This document shows positions 52,020 to 61,953 of a DNA stretch of 64,000 nucleotides, piece after piece. This stretch comes from Pelagomonas calceolata (taxonomy: Eukaryota). The stretch is taken from contig CAKKNE010000001.1 of the NCBI GenBank assembly GCA_918797485.1, positions 1,116,001-1,180,000 of the forward strand. Direction: 5' to 3'. The translations under genes were made by a program, and so were the position numbers. Each line of letters opens with the position of its first letter. Position 1 is the first letter of the stretch. The notes under the pieces were generated by a model. That model was not told where the DNA came from. It saw only the letters and a list, made by a program, of their open reading frames with translations, and did no database searches.

Positions 52020-52488
52020 CTATAGCGCGGCGAGCCCTGTGCGCGCCTCCTCGGCGGCGAGTTTCATTCGTGCTTTCGCAAGCATGTTCTCGCTCTCCAA
52101 TGTCTGCGGATTGTTTTTGCCCAAGACGCGGCGCAACGTTTGTGCGCAGTCCTCCATCGTTTTGACGGCAAGCCGCATGTCGTCGAGAGTAGCGTCGCTG
52201 CTGTTGAGTAGCGCAACCGCGTGACTTCCGCGAAAGCACAAAGTCAGACCATGCTCAGACCCAAGGGCACGCTCTGCTTCGGGAATTCTTTCCCGCGCAA
52301 ACTCTTTACATTCGTCGAAAAGCCCGAGCCCGCACATCTGGTTTGCGAGGCCAAAAGCAGTGATGAAAATTGACTCAGGCGGCAGCCACTTGGATAAAGC
52401 ACGTTTCCCGTCATAGATCTTGCGTCCCATGTCTAGAGCTTCTTTGTGTCGCCCGAGTTCGCTGAGACATCCGGCTATGTTGCCGGCG
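52020..52488 (-). pseudogene. 5'-truncated C-terminal TPR-like fragment related to the 34447-35885 family
   Basis: AGNIAGCLSELGRHKEAL..ALGSEHGLTL..RRVLGKNNPQT; runs directly into the opposite-strand formin fragment with no promoter space. Confidence 0.6.
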
Positions 52489-52489
52489 C

Positions 52490-54424
52490 CTGCTGGAGTA
52501 CCTCCGGCACGACGCGAGCGAGGCCGACGTCGCAGTCGCGTTCGCGGGCGGCGGCGCCGCGGCGCTGCTCCGCCGTGTCGAGGACTGCGCGGCGGCGGCG
52601 GCGCGCAGGGTGCCGGAGGCGGCGGCGTCCCTGGCGTCGGCGGTCGCGTGCGTGCGCGCGCTGGTCGAGCGCGGCGACGGCCTCGAGCGCTTCGCGCGCG
52701 ACCCGGCGCTCGCCGCGCGGCTCTCGCGGGCGCTGGACGCGCCGCGCGCCGCCACGCGCGCCGCGGTGCTCGAGCTCCTCGCCGTCGTCGCGGCGCACTC
52801 GCCCGCAGGCCACGCGGCCGTCGTCGCGGCGCTCCACTATTTCCGCGCGGCGACGGGCGAGGGCGCGGCCTTCGAGGGCCTCGTCCAGGCCGTCGGCGAC
52901 GCGACGGCGGCGACGGCGCTCCGCCGCGACGTGCTGCTCTTCGTCAACACGCTCGTGAACGCCGCGCCCGACCTCGCGGACCGCGCGGAGCTGCGGGCGC
53001 AGCTGCACAGCGCCGGCCTGGGCCGCGCCCTGGCGGGCGTCGCCGCGGCCGTGGGCGGCGGCGGCGCCGACGCCGACGCGGCCGCGGCGGAGGAGCTCGA
53101 GGCGCAGCTCCGGGTCTACGAGGCCGTGGCCGCCGACGACGCCCAGCGGGTCGCCGCGGCCGCGGGCGCCGAGGGCGAGGCGCTGCGCCTCGACGACGAG
53201 GCGGCGCTCCTCAAGGCCTGGACCGCGCGCGCGACGCGACGCGGCGCCGGCAAAGAGGCGCGCGCGCTTGCCCGCTACCTCGCGTGCCTGCCCCTGGACG
53301 ACGCGCGCGGTCGCGACACGCTCGCGGCGATCGTACGAGATGTGCATCGACGTGCGCTGGGCGCGCGGGACGACTTCGACGCGGGCCTCGACGACATCCG
53401 GCGCGTCGTCGACTGGCGCCGCGCGCTCGACGAGCGGGCGCGCTCGCTCGCCGACGCGACGGCCGCGCTCGACCGCGCGCGCGCGCGCGCCGCGGGCGCG
53501 GCGCCGCCCGCCGCCGCGCCGCCGCCCACCGCGCCGCCGCCCACCGCGCCGCCGCCCGCCGCGCCGCCTCCCACCGGCGACGTGGCGCGTTTCGAGCGCA
53601 TGCTGCGCGCTGGCGTCCCGCGACCGGCGGTCGAGCACCGCATGCGGCTCGAGGGCGTCGATCCGGCTCGGCTCAGCGGCGCGCCCGAACCCGCGCCCGC
53701 GCCCGCGCCCGCGCCCACGCCCGCGCCCGCGGCGGGGCCGGCGCTCCGCGCCCTCTTCTGGACCGTCGTGCCCCCCGAGCGCGCGACGGAGACGGTCTGG
53801 CGCAACCTCGACGCGGCGTCGGTGCGCGTCGACGCGAGGGCGCTGGCCGCGGCGTTCGCGCGCGCGCCGGCGGGCGGCGCGCGCGCGCGCGCCGAGGGTG
53901 GCGGCGGGGCGCCGGCCGCGCCGCTCCGGCTGCTCGACGCCAAGGCGGAGCAGCGCGCGGCGATCGCGCTCGCGCGCGTGCGGCTTGGCGACGCCGCGAT
54001 CGTCGAGGCCGTGCTCGCCTGCGACGCGGACGCGCTGGCGCCGGCGCGGCTCGAGCTCGTGCTGCGCGCGGCGCCGAGCGACGCCGAGGCCGCCGCGGCG
54101 CTCGCCGTGGCGCCGGGCGACGCACCGCGGCTCTCGCGCGCGTCGCAGTTTCACCGTGCGCTCGCGGCGCGCGTGCCCGACGCGGCGCGGCGCCTCGAGG
54201 GCCTATCCTTCGCGCAGCGCGTCGAGCAGTCTACGCGGAACCTCAACGACGACTTCCGGGTCCTCGCGCGCGCGTGCGAGCAGATCGGCCGGAGCGAGCG
54301 CCTCGCGCGGCTCCTGGAGCGCGTGCTAGCCCTGGGCAACGCGTTGAATGCGGGCTCGGCGCGGGGCGGCGCGCGGGGCTTCCTCGTGACCGACCTTCCT
54401 CGCGCACCCGACTACACTCGTTGA
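52490..54424 (+). pseudogene. Formin-like fragment (FH3, Pro-rich, incomplete FH2)
   Basis: LLFVNTLVN..DLADRAELRAQL; RFERMLRAGVP; LRALFWT; VLALGNALNAGSARGGARGF, then ends abruptly; no ATG at the 5' end. Confidence 0.7.
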
Positions 54425-54435
54425 TTTATGCACAG
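54405..54435 (+). mobile_element. Orphan 3' half of a family-1 introner
   Basis: cacccgactacactcgttgatttatgcacag resembles the 3' end of the 41130 element (cacccgacacactggttgatttgcgcgcag). Confidence 0.65.
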
Positions 54436-54527
54436 AGGACCGACGTGTTTCAGTAGACCCATGTTTGAAATATGAGGAGCTAGGAGAGGAGGTAGGCCTG
54501 TGAAGCAAGCGCGAAAAACGCGGCTGG

Positions 54528-54548
54528 CTAGTGTCTTACACGTCCTAG
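54528..54548 (+). promoter_or_regulatory. CTAG motif copy in a non-divergent context
   Basis: ctagtgtcttacacgtcctag. Confidence 0.5.
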
Positions 54549-54583
54549 GTCGACTGGAGCCACGCCCGGATGGTGGGTTTGTT

Positions 54584-54611
54584 ACTAATGTACCGCTAGC
54601 GGTAGATTAGT
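54584..54611. repeat. 28-bp near-perfect palindrome, copy 1
   Basis: actaatgtaccgctagcggtagattagt followed by tgt. Confidence 0.85.
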
Positions 54612-54699
54612 TGTAAGTGTTTGGGACGTGATGGTAAGTGTTTGGAGGCCTCTCGGAGGGAGAAGTAAACGTTTGGTAAGTGTTTACGTCCCACCCTGG

Positions 54700-55294
54700 G
54701 GCCCTTGAGCTTCGGGACGGTCATCGCGTCGACCTCGGCCTGCGACCACTTCGGCGTCGCTGGCGACGGCGGCGAGGGCGAGGCGTCGGCGTCGGCCTTC
54801 TGGCTCTTGGCCGGCGGCGCCGCCGAGTCCGTCTCGTCTTGGCACGCCTTGTCGTTCCAGGGCTTCTGGGCGTGGGGGGGCAGCTTGTTCCACATCTGGG
54901 CGATTAAACTCGTCGCCTCCGGTCCCGTAATCGTCAACGTGGGGCGCTTCGCCTTCATGAAGAGGTGGTAGCCGCCGAGGCGCTTCACGAGCTTGGCGTA
55001 GTCCCAGCCGATGCAGTCGCCGTATTTCTTGAGCTGGAACGCCTCGGGCTTCGCCGTCTCGTCGATCGTTTTCAACTGCTCAAATAAATCCTGGCTCGCG
55101 CGGCGCGCCGTGGCGTCGTCGAACCAGCTGTCGAAGTTCCACGGCTGCGCCTCGTCGGGGATCTCGGACGCCGCCGGAGCCGAGGCGACGACGGCCGCTG
55201 AAGCCCGGGAACTGGCCTGACGCCGCCATCTCCCGCCGCGGCGGATCTGGGCATCAATCTTGAACCGCTCGTGGCAGACGACGGCATGGTCGAC
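54700..55294 (-). pseudogene. HMG-box fragment with truncated SAP-like motif
   Basis: KRLGGYHLFMKAKRP..IAQMWNKLPPHAQKPWNDKA; EVDAMTVPKLK is cut by cagggtgggacg.. sequence; no in-frame ATG upstream of the HMG box. Confidence 0.6.
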
Positions 55295-55376
55295 TCACCA
55301 AAAACGAATACCCAACAAAGAATTTAAACAAAGTCTGTCTAGTGAAAAGGCCCGCTAGGGCTCGTGTCCGGCCTAT

Positions 55377-58300
55377 CTAGGGATATGAAATGGGATATGA
55401 ATCAGAATCGTCCTCTTCCTCGTCCTGCACTGCGCGCCGGACAGGAGGCGCTTTTGGCGGCTGATCGGGGTGAACTGTTTCTCTCCTTCCCCGCCGTTTG
55501 GAGATAAATCTCATGAGACGCCAACCGCCCGATTTCCGCGCTTTGGATTCTCGTTCCACCAAGTGTCGTGAAGTTACGACATATGACCTCTGAAGCATGA
55601 ATCTTCCTTTGTCGTGCGCCCGGAGTCTCTTCGTCAGCTCCTCCGGAGTCTGTTCGTCGTGCGTGTCGACCTCAGGCTTGAAGAGTTCCACGCTGCCCGT
55701 CACACGGGAGATCTCGTAGAACTTGTGCTGCGCGCCGCACTTATCCTCGATCTCTTTTATCTTGATCTGGACCTCCACGAGAATGCTGACGGATGCTGGT
55801 GAAGGTTGGAACTCGTAGACAGCGTGGAGGTTGAACGGTACCTTTCCTTTCTCGAGCTTGTTCTTGACCTTCCTAAGCGTGAATTTCCCATTGGGGTTTT
55901 TGAGCTCTTCGTAGACCATGTACATCGCATCCTGGTTGGGGCACACGAGCGTGGCGCGAAGCGCGTCGCGCACCGACGCGCTGATGGGCTGCCACCGGCG
56001 AACGTCGTCGTTGGCGCCCTCACCTTCGGCTTCTTCGTCCGCAGCGATCTCGTTCACCATCTTCTCGACCATGCGCTTGCTCTTCTTGACGGATTTGCCC
56101 TCGTCGCACACCACCTTCACATCACCTACCTCTTCAGCAACCGCGTAGAGCGCCTTTTTGAGCGCAGGGAGGCACATGTACGCAAAGACCCGGAGCATCG
56201 GCGGCAGGACCTCTTTGTCCATCATGAGCTTGCCTCTGGCGAGCAGCTTGTGCAATTCCTTGTTCTTGCCGTCCGCCTCCGGGATCTCGCCGTCCTCCGT
56301 GAGTGCTCGTTTCACCACGAGCAACGCCGCCTCGGTGATCTGGCCGCCTTCGCCTCGCAGCGCCGCTTCGGTTATCTTGTCGTCCTCGCGTTTTACTACC
56401 AGCTGGTTATCACCGCCAGCCCCAAGGGTCGCATCCGTGACCTCGCGGGGATTGCTTCGGAATAGTAGCTTCTGGGACGGCTGCTGCCCGTCCAGTTCCT
56501 CCTTGCTCACGTTCCGCCACACGTCCCCGACCGCGGGCTTGACGTCGAACGTGCCGTCGGCATTTACAGAGACGATCCTCCCCTCGCAGCCCTCCCTTTT
56601 ATCACGTGCTTTCACGGAGACGCGTGCACCCTCGTCCAAAACAAGGTCATTCGGGTATCCGATATCCTTTATTTTTTGGTCGATCTCCTTTACGGTGGGG
56701 GTTTCGCGGATTGTCTTCTCTAGTTTGTCGGCTTCCGCCTTCGCTTGCGACCGCAGCCAGGCCCAGCGCGTCGCTCTAATTTCTCGCTTCGTTCCGCCCT
56801 CGGATGTCGCGATTTCCTGCAAAATGTCTATTTTCTTTTGGTGTGCGGTTTTCGTTGGTTGGCTCCAGTCGTTTTCTATGTCTTGTTCCTTTTTGCTGAT
56901 GAATCTATCAAGCTTCTCCTGCTCCTTCTTTTCTAGGTCCGTTCCTTTAGCATTTTCCGCCTGTTTCTTCAGGCCCGCTTCGATCTGGGCGACATGGTCG
57001 CGCGCCAGCCAAATTTCCGCTTCTCGCCGCTTGTGCGGTTCCGATACCGGTTCGTTCCAGAATGTCTCGAGCGCGCAGAACTGCGAGCGGAACCGCTCCC
57101 ACGGATCATCGGAGCCGTCCGACGCTTTAAACTCCTGCTTGAAGTAGCCGTCTATCGCGTCGAAGACGGCGGCCTCGAGCAACTCCTTTCCGCCGGCGGC
57201 GTAGAGCGTCTCGAACTCGGTCTTGTCGATCCGGTCCTCTTTGTTTCCGCGCTTGATCTTCCAGCAGAGGACGCGGATCGGAGCCTCGTCGGAGTGGCGC
57301 CACATGGCAAGTAGGAATACGATAAGTTGGCCGATTACGAGGACGGTGCTGATCGCTCGAAGCTGTGGGAGTTTTAGCACGCCCTGCGTCACGCAGAGCG
57401 CGTAGAAGAACGTCGACGTCACGAAGAACCAGAAGGTTGAGGCTACCATGTTTACCGCCGATGATTTGAACGGCTTGCAGTCGGAGACGAGCAGAGCATA
57501 GATAAGAGCTATCCCGAAGGACAACACGATGCGCATTCTTTTAGCCTGAGGCAGGCAGATCAGCAGAAATCCACTCAGCGACGTCCTCACGACCATCGAG
57601 AGCGGCTCCGTGAACCACGCAACCTCCTTGTACGGGCCTACGAGGGTCTCCCAAATATCTCCCACGAGGGTCTCCCAAAGCGCGAGCAGCGGTTTTGGAC
57701 ACCTTGCAGGGGTAACATTGTCGGGTTTGGAGTTGCCTGAGTCGTCGGTTGAGTCGTCGTCACCGGAGAGGGCCGTGGTGTTGGTGCAGACGGGGGCGTC
57801 GTCTGCGGCGTCTTCTGCTTCGGCTGCTGCTGGCCCGCCGCCGCGCTGCTCGCCTCCAGCTTGACTGTCTCCACGTACCCGACAGTCGGCGTCGGATGCG
57901 TCGGCCTTCCTACGGAGCCGCTTTACGAGTCCGTCGACCTGCCTAAGGAGGAAGCTGATGCAGCGTGGCGTGTCGAAGTGGCCGTCGAAGCTTTTCTTAG
58001 CAAGCAGCGCGACGAGGAAGAATAGCGGAATCACTACCACGTAAATCAAGCAGCACAAGATGGCGTACGCGCGATACTTCTGGTACTTCTCGTCGGACTC
58101 CCTGATCCTGTAGTCGCGGGCGAGGTACAACTCCGTTTCGTGCGCAGACGTCGAAAAACCGTCGTGGGCCCTGCCGTCGAAGTGAAAAAACTCGAAGAGG
58201 ACCGAACAAATGGGCGCGTGGACCATGACCAAGACCGTGACGACCCCGTGGCCGCTAAAGCACCAGTCCAGGAGGCGGAAGAAGTCGTTAACGACGGGTT

Positions 58301-61300
58301 TGTCTTTTGCTTCGGATGCGGCTTCGGGATGCGGCGTCTCCGACGGCGGTGCCGACGCTTCCGGCACCGCCGGCGCCGGCGCAGGCGCCTCGCCGGGCCG
58401 CTCCTGCATCTCCGCGTGGCGCCCCTTCCTAAGGTGTCTTCTCCCAAGGTTGTAGAGCCAGGCCACCACGACGTACGCAACAGGGAGCAAGGTCGCCGCG
58501 AGTAGAGTGTCGTAGTACGACCACCTGATGCAGGGCGTCGGCAGCCAGGCCACCAAGTCCAGCGTCACGAGACCGTAGATGCGCATCACCCACGCAAAGG
58601 GGCCGGGATACTTCACGTCCTCGACGCTCGAAAACCTGACCAGTACCGTCCAGGAGTACCAAATAGCCCTGGCGCAGTCACTCCTGAAGAAGTCCCCGAA
58701 ATGAGTCTGCACCCATCGACGCAGACGACTACTCTTCAGTGCCTGCAGCAACTCCTTAGTGTAACCAGAGCCCCACACACATGACCAGATCAATACCGCA
58801 AACACGAACAATACGATGAGGACGAAGAAGAAGAAGGCGACCATGAGGAACGTGCTCGGCCGCTGGTCGCACCTTTGGCAGGTCCGCAGCACGGGCTCCA
58901 TGTAGTAGCCCCGGTCGCACAAATGACAGAGCGGCCCGTGGTGGTGGTTCGCGCACAGGTCGTCGCCGCTGCCGGCGCCGCCGACGCAGCCGTCGTTGCG
59001 CTTGCAGCGGTAGATTTCCGGCGTGTCCATCGAGAAGCGATAGAAGCCCTCGTCCACGATCCACTGGCTCCCGAGCGTCGAGTTGCGCGCGCACGTCGCC
59101 GACCAGGGACAGTCGAGGCAACTCTGGCCGTCGTAATAGTAGTCGGCCTCGCAGATGTCGCAAACCGCCGCGCCGGGGGGGCTCGTGCGCCCCGCGCCGA
59201 ATTGCCGGCAGCTGCTGCATGCGGTGGCACTCGAGGCAAATCTCCCCGCCGCGCACTGTTCGCATTCGCTCCGACCCGACTCGGACTGAATCCGCCCGGG
59301 CGCGCAGTCGACGCAGGTCGACGCGCCTGCGGCCGCGCTGTACGTGCCCGCGTCGCACCGGTCGCACGAAGCTTGCCCAGAGACCGAAGCGACCCGGCCG
59401 GGCTCGCAACGCTCGCACTCCAGCTGACCGGACGCGGATTGATGCCATCCGGGCGGACACGCCGTACAACTCGTTGCGCCGTCCGTCGCGCTGAACGTGC
59501 CGGCGTCGCAGGGGTTGCAATTAATTTGGTCCGCCGTGTAGGAGCCGGCCAGGCAGGTGAGGCAGTAAATTCCCAGGGGACTGTACGTTCCTTCGCCGCA
59601 CGGGACGCAAACAATATCGGCGTCCACCACGAACTGGCCACCTTGACGTACGAGGCGCCGCCATCGGTCGTGCGGAAGACGTAGACTGCTCCGCCAGGGT
59701 AATAATGCATTGCACCGACCACGATGGTGTTGCCGTCGATCGCCACGGAGAAGCCGAAGTAGTCGCCCGACGCGGCGTCGTCGGCCGTCAGCTTGGCCAC
59801 CTGGCTGTACGTGGCGCCGCCGTCGGTCGTGCGGAGCACGTAGGCCGCGCCAGTGCCCTCGGTTCCGACCACGACGGTGCCACCGTCGATGGCCACGGAT
59901 CTGCCGAAGTTGTCGCCCGCAGCGGCGTCGGCGGCCGTCAACTTTGCCGTCTCCGCGTAGTCGGTCGGCGCGGGGAGCGCGAAGACGTAGGCCGAGCCCG
60001 AGTCGGAGCCGCCGTCGTCGTCGTGGGTGGCTCCGACCACGACGGTGCTGCCGTCGATGGCCAGGGAGTAGCCGAGGTAGTCGCCCGGCGCGCCCACCGC
60101 GGCGTCGGAGGGCGTCAGCTTGGCCATCTGAACGTACGTGGCGCCGCCATCGCTCGTGCTGAAGACGTAGACTGCGCCCGAGCCACTAAAAAAATTTTGG
60201 GTTGCACCAACCACGATGGTGCCGCCAGCGATCGCCACGGAGCGGCCGAACTGGTCATCTCCTGCAGCGTCGCTGGCCGTCAGCTTTGCCACCTGGTCGT
60301 ACGTGGCGCCGCCATCGCTCGTGCGGAAGACGTAGGCTGCGCCCACGTAACTGAGTGTGGCGGTGTGCTTCATGTAGGCCCCGACCACGATGGTGCCGCT
60401 GTCGATCGCCACGGACCAGCCGAACTCGGCGTCATAAGAGGCGTCGGAGGCCGTCAGCTTGGCGACCTGTGGGTACGTGACGCCGCCGTCGGTCGTGCGG
60501 AAGACGTAGACTGAGCCCGAGGTGCTGGCGCTGTCGTCGTCATAAGGGGAACCGACCACGATGGTGCCGCCGTCGATGGCCACGGAGCTGCCGAACTCGT
60601 CGTCCGCCGCGGCGTCGCTGGCTGTCAGCTTCGCTACCTGGGCATACGTGGCGCCGCCGTCGGTCGTTCGGAAGACGTAGGCCGAGCCCTCGTTAAGGCT
60701 GCCGCCGTAGTCTTTGGAGGCACCGACCACGACGGTGTCCCCGGCGATGGCCACGGAGATGCCGAAGAAGTCGGTCGCCGTGGCGTCGGCGGCCGTTAGC
60801 TTGGCCACCTGGTCGTACGTGGCGCCGCCATCGGTCGTGCGGAAGACGTAGACAGAGCCTGAGTTGAAGCCGCCGTCGTCGTCCAAACAGGCTCCAACTA
60901 CGACGGTGGCGCCGTCGATCGCCACGGATCTGCCGAACTGGTCGTGTACCGCGGCGTCAGAGGCCGTCAGCTTGGCCACCTGGCCGTACGTGGCGCCGCC
61001 GTCGGTCGTGCGGAATACGTAGACAACACCTGGGCTGTCGACGGCGGTGTGAGTTTGGTAGGCCCCGACCACGACGGTATCGCCGTCGATCGCCACGGAG
61101 ATGCCAAAATGGTTGCCCCCCGCGGCGTCGCTGGCCACGAGCTTCGCGAGCTGCGCGTAGTCGCCACTCAGCCGCCTCCGCGCAACCAGCGCACGCGAGG
61201 TCGGCGCCGGAAGCCGGCGGTCCTTCAGAACGAGCGCGCTGCTCGCGTTCGCAGCGGGTCCGCGCAGCCGCGCGCGCGCGCGGGCGTCCGGCGCGGCGCC

Positions 61301-61354
61301 GTAAGACGCCGCCGCCAGTAGGAGGCAGCCCCGCAGGTGCAGGGGCCGCCCCAT
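55377..61354 (-). CDS. Receptor-like protein: signal peptide, 9 FG-GAP repeats, Cys-rich repeats, about 9 TM, coiled coil, Tudor-like, RelA/SpoT-type domain; frameshift at about 59635-59640
   Basis: ORF from 61354 carries the FG-GAP units (FGxSVAIDGxTxVVG); ORF 59630-55377 carries CxxCxxG repeats, TM helices and KKSKRMVEK / RDALRAT / KVKNK..NLH / EVQI / HKFYE. Confidence 0.8.
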
Positions 61355-61667
61355 GCCGGCGGTCCTTGGGCAGCCCGCTGCTGGCGACGCTTGCGAAAAG
61401 CTGCTCCGCGTCTACTGCTCTGCTCCGGTGGGGGTGCAGCAGCTCACTTGTTGTGGGCGGTGGGCACCTCCATTTGCCATCACTTGGTCATCGTTGAGTC
61501 TGGCAGGACTTTTGCTCCGCCGCCGACGACCAGTCCGTGGGGGCTTTGGAGGCATCCTACGGGGACCCACGAGAAACGCGGATAAAACCCGAACCCCCAT
61601 GATCACATCATGAGCTCGACTTTGGGCGTAAAACTGCGGCCACGCAAGCAGTGCAGGTCGGGCTGCC

Positions 61668-61853
61668 ATGGCTAAGGTGCGACGAGTTGAAGCTGACATT
61701 ACCACAGTTTCCCAGAAGCTCAGCGAGTTGCCCACTTGGCTTTGGCTCCTGACGCGCGCGTGTTTGGCACGTCGGATGGATTATTTGGCAGGGCTCATGT
61801 ACCCTGACGAATCGGCGCCGGCTCTAAAAGCGGGGATCTTGAACTCAAGTTGA
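61668..61853 (+). mobile_element. Possible relic of a non-LTR (CRE-like) retrotransposon post-RT region
   Basis: KLSELPTWLWLLTRACLARRMDYLAGLMYP resembles an LLRxCxxxRxxYL..P pattern; locally lower GC. Confidence 0.3.
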
Positions 61854-61859
61854 AGTTTC

Positions 61860-61887
61860 ACTAATGTACCGCATGCGGTACATTAGT
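61860..61887. repeat. 28-bp perfect palindrome, copy 2
   Basis: actaatgtaccgcatgcggtacattagt followed by tgt. Confidence 0.9.
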
Positions 61888-61953
61888 TGTTAAACCGCCG
61901 TCCAGAGAGCCGCAAGATTGCTACAACTACTACATGGCGGATACGACTAAATA

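Noticed and set aside
52420..54456. Long Arg/Ala/Gly-rich ORFs (678, 559, 353 aa) overlapping the formin fragment
   Set aside because: These are shadow frames caused by extreme GC; only the 52610 frame has recognisable domains.
58790..59630. C-terminal 280 aa of the 854-aa FG-GAP ORF
   Set aside because: This is an out-of-frame read-through of the Cys-rich region after the frameshift.
59640..61160. Regular ~170-bp repeats as a possible CRISPR array or satellite
   Set aside because: They are in-frame FG-GAP protein repeats with no unique-spacer structure, in a eukaryotic context.
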